Positions 53,239 to 63,641 of a stretch of DNA of 64,000 nucleotides are shown here, piece by piece (position 1 is the first letter of the stretch; the number at the start of each line of letters is the position of its first letter). The stretch comes from Polyangiaceae bacterium. GTDB taxonomy: Bacteria; Myxococcota_A; Polyangia; Polyangiales; Polyangiaceae. The position numbers and the translations under genes were made by a program. A model generated the notes under the pieces. The model did not search any database, was not told where the DNA came from, and worked only from the letters and a program-made list of their open reading frames with translations. The stretch lies in assembly GCA_016712345.1 (NCBI GenBank), contig JADJRH010000002.1, positions 8,466 to 72,465 of the forward strand, in the 5' to 3' direction.

Positions 53239-53411
53239 GGCTCTCCATCACAACGTGCACGACGACATTCGAGGTGTACTGCCCAGCAGAGTACCCCACA
53301 TTCTGAATCAGACCGACGCTTCTGGTTACTCCCTTTTTGACCACACCCGCCATCTCCTATTCCAACCTTAGACGGTCAGTCGACAACCCCCGGAAAGAAC
53401 GTGCTTTGCCC

Positions 53412-53515
53412 ACCCAACGTGGGGTTGTGCTGCAAGCCCCGTGAGCAAGCAGAGGGGCGCGTCAGCGACGCTCTGCGCAGCGCCGGGGCTTGTCAGAACC
53501 AACCCCTGGTTGGGC
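53412..53515 (-). other. attC site 40 (family G)
   Basis: ACCCAAC...GTTGGGC boxes. Family G arms. Confidence 0.7.
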
Positions 53516-54558
53516 ACCATGCTCTGGGTAGACTGCTCACGCATTTTCACCACCTCCCGCCTTGTTTTGACGGGGAAATGCGCCTGCGATAAATGTACAC
53601 AAGGCCGTCCAAATGAAGAACGCCGGGTGTGTACACTGGTCAAGTTTCGCGCCATAACCCACCAACCGCTGCGTACGCCTCGTAGACTACGCGGATCAAA
53701 TTGACCGTCAAGCACAATCTGTGACCGCAAGAGTGATGTGCTCGGGGCTTCCACGCATGACGTCGACCTCAGGAGAGCCCCGGTGTACACACGACCGCGC
53801 GCGAATCGAAAAGAAAGCAGGAAGGCCGAGCCGCGGCCTACGCGCGGCTTGGCCCTTCGAGCGCGAACGCGAAGTATCGAATGCAAAGACGCCTCGCCGT
53901 GAGGAACCGAAATACAAGGTGGTTTATCCGAAGGTGCGAATCAAGCGCTTCGAAAAACCGCACGGCTTGCGGAAAAAACATCACCGCATCTGACACTCCG
54001 CGAAGCGCGATATGTGTACACGCACCGAAGTTACCCATGCCGACGTGTTGGCGACCGCACGCGGATGCCGACAAAAACAAGCGAAGCGCGACAAGTGTAC
54101 CCATGTGAAGGCCGTCCGAATTATTGTGTACACGTGGGTACATTCTACCTTTTCGAAAAGAAGCGAAGCGCGACTCGTGGGGCAACCGTTTCGACTCAAC
54201 AATACCGCTGCTGGAGCGAAGCGACCAAACCCCGTGACGGACTGCGCCTCCATTGAAATTGGACCCCTCCACTCAACAGTCAACCAGTCAACCAGTCAAC
54301 CAGTCAACCAGTCAACCAGTCAACCAGTCAACCAGTCAACCTTACCGCCCCACGCGATATGTTATTTCCGAGGGTAGAAACATCTCTCTCGCAGACACGC
54401 TCATTGTCAAATTCAGAATCGCAACTGAAGGGTAAGATAGCAGGTAAAGCTTGATCAAATGTGCCTTCAAAATAGACTCAACAACGCTTCCTCAAGCCAA
54501 GGCCTGACACTGCCTTTCTGGGAAAAAAGATGAGCGCCTCTACCCAGAAATTCTGTGT
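53516..54558 (-). repeat. ORF-less cassette payload, family N3
   Basis: Collinear with 21284..22299. Octamer array present. Confidence 0.6.
54279..54341. repeat. Tandem octamer array (GTCAACCA)x8
   Basis: Same array in an N3 cassette. Confidence 0.8.
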
Positions 54559-54659
54559 GCCCAACGTGGTATTCTGCTGCGGGCAGGCGGCGCAAGCAGG
54601 GCCGACGAAGGAGGCCCTGCGCAGCAAGCCTGCCCGTCAGCAGCAATACCGAGTTATAC
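54559..54659 (-). other. attC site 41 (family B variant)
   Basis: GCCCAAC box at the 5' end, degenerate GTTATAC box at the 3' end. Arms GGTATTCTGCTGCGGGCAGG / CCTGCCCGTCAGCAGCAATACC. Confidence 0.6.
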
Positions 54660-54706
54660 GCCGACATCTTGAAATTCCCATTGCCACAGCGAAAGCCGAG
54701 GGACAC

Positions 54707-55096
54707 TCACCAGATGGTAGCAAGCCCAGGACAATCCAAGATTAGATGATCCGAAGTTACGACCGGAATGCCTTCGAGAATCGCTGTTGCCACGATGATG
54801 CGATCAGCGGGATCATTGTGAGTGAGAGGCACCTCACAAGAGTACACCGCGATCGTTGAAGAAACCGGAATTTCGAGCAAACTAAAGGCGCTAACAGCGT
54901 GCATGAACCAGTCGCGGACCGGCCGCGTCAGCGCGAGTTTTCCTTTTCTGACCTTCACGGCAATTTCGAACGCGCTGATTGCAGAGACAAGAAGCTGCGT
55001 ATCCTTCTTGGACAGTGCATCGAGAGCCGCATCGGAGAGCTGTTCTCGATCATCCGCGAGCCAAAGAAGGGCACAAGTGTCGAGTAATAGCCTCAC
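54707..55096 (-). CDS. vapC: PIN-domain toxin VapC
   Basis: RLLLDTCALLW...SAFEIAVK...IPVVTSD gives the PIN acidic residue pattern. GTG start. Overlaps the upstream antitoxin by 4 nt. Confidence 0.8.
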   Translation of the reverse strand: MRLLLDTCALLWLADDREQLSDAALDALSKKDTQLLVSAISAFEIAVKVRKGKLALTRPVRDWFMHAVSAFSLLEIPVSSTIAVYSCEVPLTHNDPADRIIVATAILEGIPVVTSDHLILDCPGLATIW

Positions 55097-55383
55097 GGCC
55101 GAAACTCCGCTGGCCAGTCATTCTCGTCCAATGGAGCATTAGGATTTTCATGAAAAAGAACTGGCCCGAGAGTCAAATCTCTTGGAAATCGCTGGGCGAG
55201 AGCTTGCAAAAGGGCGCTTCGCTTGTGCGTGGGAGGTTCGCGCGTTTCGGACCTCGTTGGGATTGCAGCTGCCGCTTCGGATAGAATGATAACTTCAGCA
55301 TTACCCGCAGGAAAATCTGACGGCAATCGTACAACGACGTCGGCACTTGGCTCCGCCATGATCTTGATTTTGTGAGCGTACAT
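55093..55383 (-). CDS. vapB: Putative VapB-type antitoxin
   Basis: 96 aa, start overlapping vapC. Contains MAEPSADVVVRLPSDF, an antitoxin-like N-terminus. An alternative start lies at 55359. Confidence 0.5.
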   Translation of the reverse strand: MYAHKIKIMAEPSADVVVRLPSDFPAGNAEVIILSEAAAAIPTRSETREPPTHKRSALLQALAQRFPRDLTLGPVLFHENPNAPLDENDWPAEFRP

Positions 55384-55861
55384 TTGGGCGACCGCTCCTT
55401 AGCTGATAATAGTACGAGTTCAGTCTGCGGTATGTCAAGGAATGGTTGGTTGTCGGCGGGCTGCACAACGTGGCTCGCCACTCTGACCCCGCGGCTCGCT
55501 GTGGTGAGGCAATTTTTGGGGGCTGCGACGCGCGTTGGAGCAAAAGCAGCCGAATCATCGAGCTGCGCGCAGCTCGCGAGCCGTTCAACTACCCGCATGA
55601 TTTTTCTACCGTCTTGCGCGCTCCCTTTCGCTTACCCATGCGTGTAGTGCAGTGCAGCGAGGTGGGGACACGTACTGCTGGCGGCCTTGGCGACATGGAC
55701 TCGACGTTGGGAGGGTGTATAAATTCTTCGTGTCGTTTTCCGCGTTCATACCCTTGATGGGATCTCTGTGCCACGCGGAGCAAGAAAAAAGCAGTTTGTT
55801 GGGTTGATAATCCTTACCGCAACATTCGCCTTACCGCATTCTGGCGCGCTCTACTCAGTGC

Positions 55862-55962
55862 GTATAACGTGGCAATCTGCTGCAAGCCCCAAAAGCAAGC
55901 AGAGCGGCCGAAGGACGCTCTGCGCAGCGCTGGGGTTTGCCAGCAGCATTGCCGAGTTAGGT
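55862..55962 (-). other. attC site 42 (family A)
   Basis: GTATAAC...GTTAGGT boxes. Family A arms. Confidence 0.7.
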
Positions 55963-57048
55963 ACCTGACTCCCAGCAGAGTGTTTTCGAATTTGCAACGC
56001 CGCACGCCGCGTTTTGAAGGGAGGAGCCGATTCCCAATTGTGTACACGAGGCAAACCCACGAACGCCGATTCGGTGTGTACGCAAATCAGATTTCGCGTC
56101 GCCAAACCCACCGAAGACCTCCGCGCGAAACGAATACTACCTGTCTCAACCGGCCTGTCAACGCTTTCCCGCACGTCGCGAAAAGCCCAAGTCGACGCTC
56201 ATCGGAGGCAACATGGCACACGACGCGAAGGCCAGATCGTGACAACGCGGTTTGGCCCTTGAGACAAATCGGAGCGCGCCGAAATGTTGGCGAGATGGCA
56301 CCAGCCTCCGCGAAGTACAACTTGCATTTCGCCGAAGGCGTATTGGAAACGCCAGAAAACCAGGCCGTTTCGTTGATCTACCCATGCGCTCCCACCTGCG
56401 CGGCCTTCGCCCCGAATGTGTACACTAAGTGTCGTTTGACATGAGGCATCTCAGGGACGAATCCGAAATACAAGTTGGCTTATCCGAGGGCGCAAATGAG
56501 GCGTTTTGAGAAACGCTCCGATTCAAAAAGAACAACGCCGCACCGAGCCTCATGCGAAGCGCGATATTTGTGTACACGCACCGCGGCTGCGCGTGCCGGC
56601 GTGTTTGCGTTGTTACACGAACGCCTTGAGAAGAAGCGAAGCGCGACAAGTGTACCCATGAAAACCTACCCATGGTCGACTGCGCACGCGTGGGTACACA
56701 CAAGCTTTTCGAACGAAATGAGCGCCGGTCAAAGCAAAGCGGTTTTTCAAAGGAGTCACACCGCCCACGGATGTGTCGCATCGAAACCGAACGGCCAAGT
56801 CCAAATCTACCCACGCTTAGCCATGGTCAGATCGTGAATTGATAACGGATTGCGAAGATAACCCCACCAGATGAGCGATCGGTCGTCGCGGGAGTAGAAT
56901 TTCGCACGTACCCACCTCGCTCCTCAATGCGACTGCCGGGGTGAATAGTCAGAATATGCAAAGTACCCCCCAAAAAGCCTCTACTCACCAACTGCCCAAG
57001 TCCACATTCTGACAAAATTCAAGCGATTCTACTCACGAAATTCTGTGT
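55963..57048 (-). repeat. ORF-less cassette payload, family N1
   Basis: Collinear with 39102..40182. Confidence 0.6.
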
Positions 57049-57149
57049 ACCTAACGTGGTATTCTGCTGCGGGCAGGCGGCGCAAGCAGGGCGGACGAAG
57101 GACGCCCTGCGCAGCAAGCCTGGCCGACAGCAGCAATACCTGGTTGGGC
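57049..57149 (-). other. attC site 43 (family B)
   Basis: ACCTAAC...GTTGGGC boxes. Family B arms. Confidence 0.7.
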
Positions 57150-58311
57150 CCCGACTTTGATGTAACTTGGCATTCGAGTTGTAATGTCGCCGGCCGTTCT
57201 CCCTGAAAGATCGCCGACCTGACAGAACGACTTCGTGCGACAAAACTTGGCATACGTGCTGGGCTGCGTGTGTACACATTTGCGCTCGACAAATCCACAT
57301 CGCGCGCCGCGTTTCCCGCCGAGTTGCCTGTCACACCACGAATACTACCTGTACGCGAGGTGCCGTCAAGTGCGATTTTCGGGCGCTTATCACCCCACGA
57401 ACGCACCGCAACGGAGTGTACCTTTTCGCCCGAGGCTCCCAAGATGGGTAGAAGGCTGCGCTGCGTCCTCCGCGTGTACAAGGAGTATCGATTGTGGTTG
57501 TGCTCGCCGGGAGGAACCGAAACACAAGGCTGCTGATCCGAAGGCGCACATCAAGCGTTTCAAACCCCACGCGGTTTGTAAAAAACAGAAAATCGTAATC
57601 CAAAAGAAGCGAAGCGCGATATGTGTACAAGCATCGAAGCTACCCATGCCGACGTGTTGGCGACTGAACAGCGATGCCAAGAAAAACAAGCGAAGCGCGA
57701 CAAGTGTACCCATGTCAAGGCTACCGGAACTCGTGTGTACACATGGGTACATGCTACCTTTTGAAAAGATGCGAAGCGCGACTCGTGGAGAAACCGTCGC
57801 GGCTTTGCAACACCGCAGTTGGAGCGAAGCGACGAAGGGCTGATCACATAAGTCTGATTCGACTCAACTTCACTGGTCTACCTGACTTAATGTGACCTGA
57901 CCCTCTCCTTCACAACCGTAACAAATTGCTTTTCAATCTCGGGATTCCGGCAAAGGGTAGGGTGCCGTAACAAATTCACCGAATACGGAACGGAAAATAG
58001 ACTCAACAAGGTTTTCTACCCAACACCGCTGTTGGCGCGAGGTGACGAAACCAATGAACCAATGGATCTCCCTTCAATGGATCTCCACTCAACTTCACCG
58101 CGCCACCTGACATGCTATTCAGATCGGTAGAAAAACCCGCCTCAGAAACATGCTTCTTGCCAGATTCAAGTCCCAACCGAAGCGTAAGATTCCGGCAGCA
58201 AATGCACCAGATGTGGCGCGAAAATCAGGCTCAACAACGCTTCCTCACCCCAAGGACTGACGGCGCCTTCTGAGAAAAAACATGAGCGCCTCTACCCAGA
58301 AAATTCTGTGG
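57150..58311 (-). repeat. ORF-less cassette payload, family N4
   Basis: Three tandem N4 cassettes lie nearest attI. Shares the N core. Confidence 0.6.
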
Positions 58312-58412
58312 GCCCAACGTGGTATTCTGCTGCGGGCAGGCGGCGCAAGCAGGGCGGACGAAGGACGCCCTGCGCAGCAAGCCTGACCGACAGCAGCAAT
58401 ACCTGGTTGGGC
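58312..58412 (-). other. attC site 44 (family B)
   Basis: GCCCAAC...GTTGGGC boxes. Family B arms. Confidence 0.7.
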
Positions 58413-59591
58413 CCCGACTTTGATGTAACTTGGCATTCGAGTTGTAATGTCGCCGGCCGTTCTCCCTGAAAGATCGCCGACCTGACAGAACGACTTCGTG
58501 CGACAAAACGCGGCATACGCACTGGGCTGCGCGTGTACACATTTGCGCCCGACAAATCCACATCGCGCGCCGCGTTTCCCGCCGAGTTGCCTGTCACGCC
58601 ACGAATACTACCTGTACAAGAGGTGCCGTCAAGTGCGATTTTCGGACGCTCATCGCCCCACGAACGCACCGCGACGGAGTGCACCTTTTCGCCGGAAGCT
58701 CCTACGATGGGTAAAAGGCTGCGCCGTGGCCTCCGCATGTACAAGGAGTATCGATTGTGGTTGTGCTCGCCGCGAGGAACCGAAATACAAGGCTGCTCAT
58801 CCGAAGGCGCACATCAAGCGTTTCAAACCCGGCGCGCTTTGTAAAAAACAGAAAATCGTAATCCAAAAGAAGCGAAGCGCGATATGTGTACACGCACCGA
58901 AGCTACCCATGCCGACGTGTTGGCGACTGAACGGGGATGCCGAGAAAAACAAGCGAAGCGCGACAAGTGTACCCATGTCAAGGCTACCGAAACCCGTGCG
59001 TACACATGGGTACATTCTGCCTTTTGAAAAGATGCGAAGCGCGACTCGTGGAGAAACCGTCGCGGCTTTGCAACACCGCAGTTGGAGCGAAGCGACGAAA
59101 GGGCTGAGCAGATAAGTTTGATTCGACTCAACTCAACTCAACTCAAACTTCACTGCTCAACCTGACTTAATCTGACCTGACCCTCTCCTTCACAACGGCG
59201 ACAAATTGCTTTTCAATCTCAGGATTCCGGCAAAGGGTAGGGTGCCGTAACAAGTTCACCAAATACGGCCGGAAAAATAGGCTCAACAAGGCTCTCTACC
59301 CAACACCGCTGTTGGCGCGAAGCGACGAAACCAATGAACCAATGGATCTCCATTCAACGGATCTCCACTCAACTTCACCGCGCCACCTGACATGCCATTC
59401 AGATCGGTAGAAAAATCCGCCCCACAAACATGGTTCTTGCCAAATTCAAGATCACGATCGAAGCGTAAGATTTCGGCAGCAAATTCACCAGATGTGGCGC
59501 GAAAATCAGGCTCAACAACGCTTCCTCAGCCCAAAGACTGACGGGGCCTTCTGGGAAAAATATGAACGCCTCTACCCAGAAAATTCTGTGG
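58413..59591 (-). repeat. ORF-less cassette payload, family N4
   Basis: Collinear with 57150..58311. Confidence 0.6.
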
Positions 59592-59692
59592 GCCCAACGT
59601 TGCGGTGTGCTGCGGCCGGGCGGCGCAAGCAGGGCGGACGAAGGACGCCCTGCGCAGCAAGCCTGGCCGTCAGTACCAGCGCATGGTTGGGC
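59592..59692 (-). other. attC site 45 (family C)
   Basis: GCCCAAC...GTTGGGC boxes. Family C arms. Confidence 0.7.
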
Positions 59693-60791
59693 ACCTTGTG
59701 CTGGATGGGTTGTTTTCGAATTTGCAACGCCGTATCCCACGTTTTGAAGGGATGACGCGATCGCGACAAATGTACACAAGGCCATCTCGATGGCGACGAT
59801 TGAATGTGTACACTTTTGAGCATTGCCGCTATCAACCCCACCGTGTCCTCCGCACAATCCGTAGACTATCTGTATCAAAATGGCAGTCAAGCACAATTTG
59901 CCCTGCGAGAGTGATGCACTCGGGGTGCGCATCCACAACGCCGACGTCTCAAAATGTCGTGCGTACACTCGACCCACTCCGACACCGAAAATAAATTCAT
60001 CAGGCCGAGCCGCGGCCTACGCGCGGCTTGGCCCTTCGAGTGCGCACGAGGAGTATCGAAGGGAGTGAGTTCTCGACGCGCGGGAGCAAAATACAAGTTT
60101 GCTCACCCGAAGGCGCAAAATAAAGCGTTTCGTGAACCCGTGCGGCAAGAAAAAATACACCACCGGATCTGACATCCAGCGAAGCGCGATATTGCGTACA
60201 CGCTCCGCGGCTGCGCACGCCAGCGTGTTTCCGTTGTGTCGCGACGCTGCAAAAACAAGCGAAGCGCGACAAGTGTACCCATAAAGACCTGGCCAATGCC
60301 ATTTCGTACACGTGGGTACACATGAACCTCTCGGGGAGAAATGGACCGCTGACCGATGAAACAAAGCTGATAGTTGAACAACCGCGCCCCCGAACAGAGG
60401 CACAGAAATCAGTCGAATCTCCACCTTCGAATCTACCCACTTCACCAACCAACTTGAACGCAAATTGAAGGTGAAGTGATGCAGCAGCTCCGACACAATT
60501 CTGGGTCGCTTCTTTTGTACAATATGACCGCGGATCTACCCATTCAATCGATCGACGTTACACCAGTTGAGAAGAGGTAGATGCGAGGGAAAGTCCTTAA
60601 AAAAGCGCCTTTACCCAAGCGCAATCCGCGTCAGTCTCTTTGTAAAAACGAACCTACTCACTTTGCCACTCGACCAAGCCGCGGGTGAGGAACAGTAAGG
60701 TGCGCACCACCTTGGAAAAGCGCCTCGAACGGTCAACTACCCATACCGCTTTCTGAAAAAACTAAAACGACTCTACCCACAAAATTCTGTG
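59693..60791 (-). repeat. ORF-less cassette payload, family N2
   Basis: Collinear with 20081..21179. Confidence 0.6.
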
Positions 60792-60893
60792 TGCCCAACG
60801 TGGTATTCTGCTGCGGGCAGGCGGCGCAAGCAGGGCGGACGAAGGACGCCCTGCGCAGCAAGCCTGGCCGACAGCAGCAATACCTGGTTGGGC
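60792..60893 (-). other. attC site 46 (family B); belongs to first (attI-proximal) cassette
   Basis: GCCCAAC...GTTGGGC boxes. Family B arms. Confidence 0.7.
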
Positions 60894-62055
60894 CCCGACT
60901 TTGATGTAACTTGGCATTCGAGTTGTAATGTCGCCGGCCGTTCTCCCTGAAAGATCGCCGACCTGACAGAACGACTTCGTGCGACAAAACGCGGCATACG
61001 CACTGGGCTGCGCGTGTACACATTTGCGCCCGACAAATCCACATCGCGCGCCACGTTTCCCGCCGAGTTGCCTGTCACGCCACGAATACTACCTGTACAA
61101 GAGGTGCCGTCAAGTGCGATTCTCGGGCGCTCATCGCCCCACGAACGCACCGCAACGGAGTGTACCTTTTCGCCGGAAGCTCCCAAGATGGGTAGAAGGC
61201 TGCGCCGTAGCCTCCGCATGTACAAGGAGTATCGAGGGTGGTTGTGCTCGCCGGGAGGAACCGAAATACAAAGCTGCTCATCCGAAGGCGCACATCAAGC
61301 GTTTCAAACCCCGCGCGGTTTGTAAAAAACAGAAAATCGGAATCCAAAAGAAGCGAAGCGCGATATGTGTACACGCACCGAAGCTACTCATGCCGACGTG
61401 TTTGCGACTGAACGGCGATGCCGAGAAAAACAAGCGAAGCGCGACAAGTGTACCCATGTCAAGGCTACCGAAACTCGTGCGTACACATGGGTACATTCTG
61501 CCTTTTGAAAAGAAGCGAAGCGCGACTCGTGGAGAAACTGTCTCGACTTGGCAACGCCGCTGTTGGAGCGAAGCGACGAAAGGCCGAGCAGATAAGTTTG
61601 ATTCGACTCAACTTCACTGCTCTACCTGACTTAATCTGACCTGACCTCTCCTTCACAACGGTAACAAATTGCTTTTCAATCTCAGGATTCCGGCGAAGGG
61701 TAGGGTGCCGTGACAAATTCACCAAATACGGCACGAAAAAATAGACTCAACAAGGTTTTCTACCCAACACCGCTGTTGGCGCGAGGCGACGAAACCAATG
61801 AACCAATGGATCTCCATTCAACGGATCTCCACTCAACTTCACCGCGCCACCTGACATGCCATTCAGATCGGTAGAAAAAATCCGCCTCACAAACATGCTT
61901 CTTGCCAAATTCAGGATCCCAACCGAAGCGTAAGATTCCGGCAGCAAATTCACCAGATGTATCTGAAAATCAGGCTCAACAACGCTTCCCCACCCCAGAG
62001 ACTGAGGGCGCCTTCTGGGAAAAAACATGAGCGCCTCTACCCAGAAAATTCTGTG
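60894..62055 (-). repeat. ORF-less cassette payload, family N4 (first cassette next to attI)
   Basis: Collinear with 57150..58311. Ends at the GCCCAA|C boundary adjoining the putative attI. Confidence 0.6.
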
Positions 62056-62130
62056 GGCCCAACGTGTAATGGGCAGTTCCGCGGGGCGGGGCGAGACTGG
62101 AGGAACGCCAATGATGGACTGCGGAAAGTG
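62056..62130 (-). other. Candidate attI site (junction of first cassette with the intI-proximal region)
   Basis: The array ends at GCCCAA|C (about 62056-62062). Next comes GTGTAATGGGC; on the top strand this reads GCCCATTACAC-GTTGGGC, which resembles the attI1 simple site GCCCTAAAACAAAGTTAGGC. Base composition changes abruptly just beyond this point. Confidence 0.5.
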
Positions 62131-62627
62131 CCCATGAGGTACGGTGGCATACGATGGTGGGGAGGGCAAGGGAGTTGAGAAAGTCGCTGTAAGGATTGTT
62201 GGTTTTGGAGAGGCTCAAAGATTGCTACGTGGTGAAGAAATATGGAGATGGACTGTTTCTGTGGGGCAAGCTGTGATGCGCGGGAGTGACGCGCGTCGGC
62301 GGGGCGGGGCGACGATCGGGCTGAGTGCGAGCGCGCGCACCGATCAACAAGGGACGGGTTGCCTGCTGGGGTGGAAATGGACAGCGCTTTTGGGGGACAC
62401 CGAGCGGCGGGTGCGGGCATGGGTAGGGAAGTTGGGGCTTTGGGGCGGCGACTTGAGGCGTGGGGGATGCAGGTTGACCGCAGTGAACCTGACGGATGAG
62501 CGTGCGGGGGTGAAGTCAGGGGCAGGGTGGCGATGGGGTGGATAGATGGGGCTGGACAGGCACTCAACGCGGGGAAGTGGTGGAGGTATCGGGATGGTAG
62601 AGTTGACGGTTCGGGAGGGTTGGAAGG

Positions 62628-63641
62628 TCAGGGAAACGTGGTCAATTGCGGTATGGGGGTAGGGATATCGAGGGGGCTTTTGACGGCGAGGGGGCCGCTG
62701 TTGAGGACGTGGGTATAGATCATGGTGGTGGAGACGTCGCGGTGTCCGAGGAGTTCTTGGATGGTGCGGATGTCGTAGCCGGCTTCGAGGAGGTGGGTAG
62801 CAAAGGAGTGGCGGAGGGTATGGCAGCCGGTGCGTTTGTGAATGCCGGCGAGGTGTGCGGCATGGGAGACGGCGCGTTGGAGTACGGTTTCGTGGAGGTG
62901 GTGGCGGCGCCATTGTTGGGTAGGTTCGTGGTAGTAGTGGCGGGTTGCAGGGAAGACCCAATGCCAGGACCAGGAGTGTGGGGCGCTGGGTATTTTCGCG
63001 GCGATGTTGTTGGGGACTTCCACGCAGGCGTGGCCCTGTTCGCGGTCATATTCGAATTGGGCGTGGGTTTCTTTGAGGTGGTGGCGAAGGCGTTCGACGA
63101 GGCGGGCGGGGATCATGGTTTTACGGTCTTTGTTGCCTTTGCCGGAGTGAATGTGGAGTTCGCGTTTTTCAAGGTCGAGGTCTTTGACGCGGAGGGTGCA
63201 GCATTCCATGAGGCGGAGTCCGGCGCCGTAAATGAGGGCGGCCATGAGTTGAGTGGTGCCTGTCAGTTCTTGGAGGAGGGCGGCGACTTCGCGTTGTGTG
63301 AGGACGACGGGGAGTTTGAGGGGTCGTTTGGCGCGGGCGAAGGGGCCGAGTTTGTCGAGGGGTATGCGGAGGACGTGGAGGTAGAGGAAAAGGAGGGCGG
63401 AGAGGGCTTGGTTTTGGCTGGAAGCGCTGACGTTTTTGTCGCGGGCGAGGAAGGTTAGAAATTTTTCGATATGGGTAGATCCGAGTTGATGGATGGGTCT
63501 GTTGTGGTAGTGGAGGTAGCGAAGGGTCCACAAGACGTAGGATTCTTCGGTGCGGCGGCTGTAATGGAGTCTTCGCACGGCATCGCGAAGCGTGCCGAGG
63601 AGGTTTCCATAGACGGGCGGGGGTATGGGTTGAAGGTCCAT
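62628..63641 (-). CDS. intI: Integron integrase IntI (tyrosine recombinase with IntI-specific extra domain)
   Basis: 337 aa. Close collinear similarity to IntI1, including [71 protein letters not shown], and the IntI-specific insertion. ATG at 63641. Confidence 0.95.
   Translation of the reverse strand: MDLQPIPPPVYGNLLGTLRDAVRRLHYSRRTEESYVLWTLRYLHYHNRPIHQLGSTHIEKFLTFLARDKNVSASSQNQALSALLFLYLHVLRIPLDKLGPFARAKRPLKLPVVLTQREVAALLQELTGTTQLMAALIYGAGLRLMECCTLRVKDLDLEKRELHIHSGKGNKDRKTMIPARLVERLRHHLKETHAQFEYDREQGHACVEVPNNIAAKIPSAPHSWSWHWVFPATRHYYHEPTQQWRRHHLHETVLQRAVSHAAHLAGIHKRTGCHTLRHSFATHLLEAGYDIRTIQELLGHRDVSTTMIYTHVLNSGPLAVKSPLDIPTPIPQLTTFP

Noticed and set aside
2796-60893. Repeats of about 100 bp every 1-2 kb could be a CRISPR array or tandem satellite.
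   Set aside because: The repeats are imperfect palindromes bounded by RYYYAAC/GTTRRRY boxes and fall into more than 10 sequence families with compensatory arm changes. The spacers are 1-2.7 kb and carry genes. This is attC behaviour, not CRISPR (short identical direct repeats with 30-40 bp spacers).
62646-63458. 270-aa plus-strand ORF and other long ORFs overlapping intI (62344..62961, 63169..63657).
   Set aside because: These are frames across a strongly skewed, C-rich coding strand, producing Gly/Pro/Arg low-complexity text. The IntI frame is the only one with recognisable homology.
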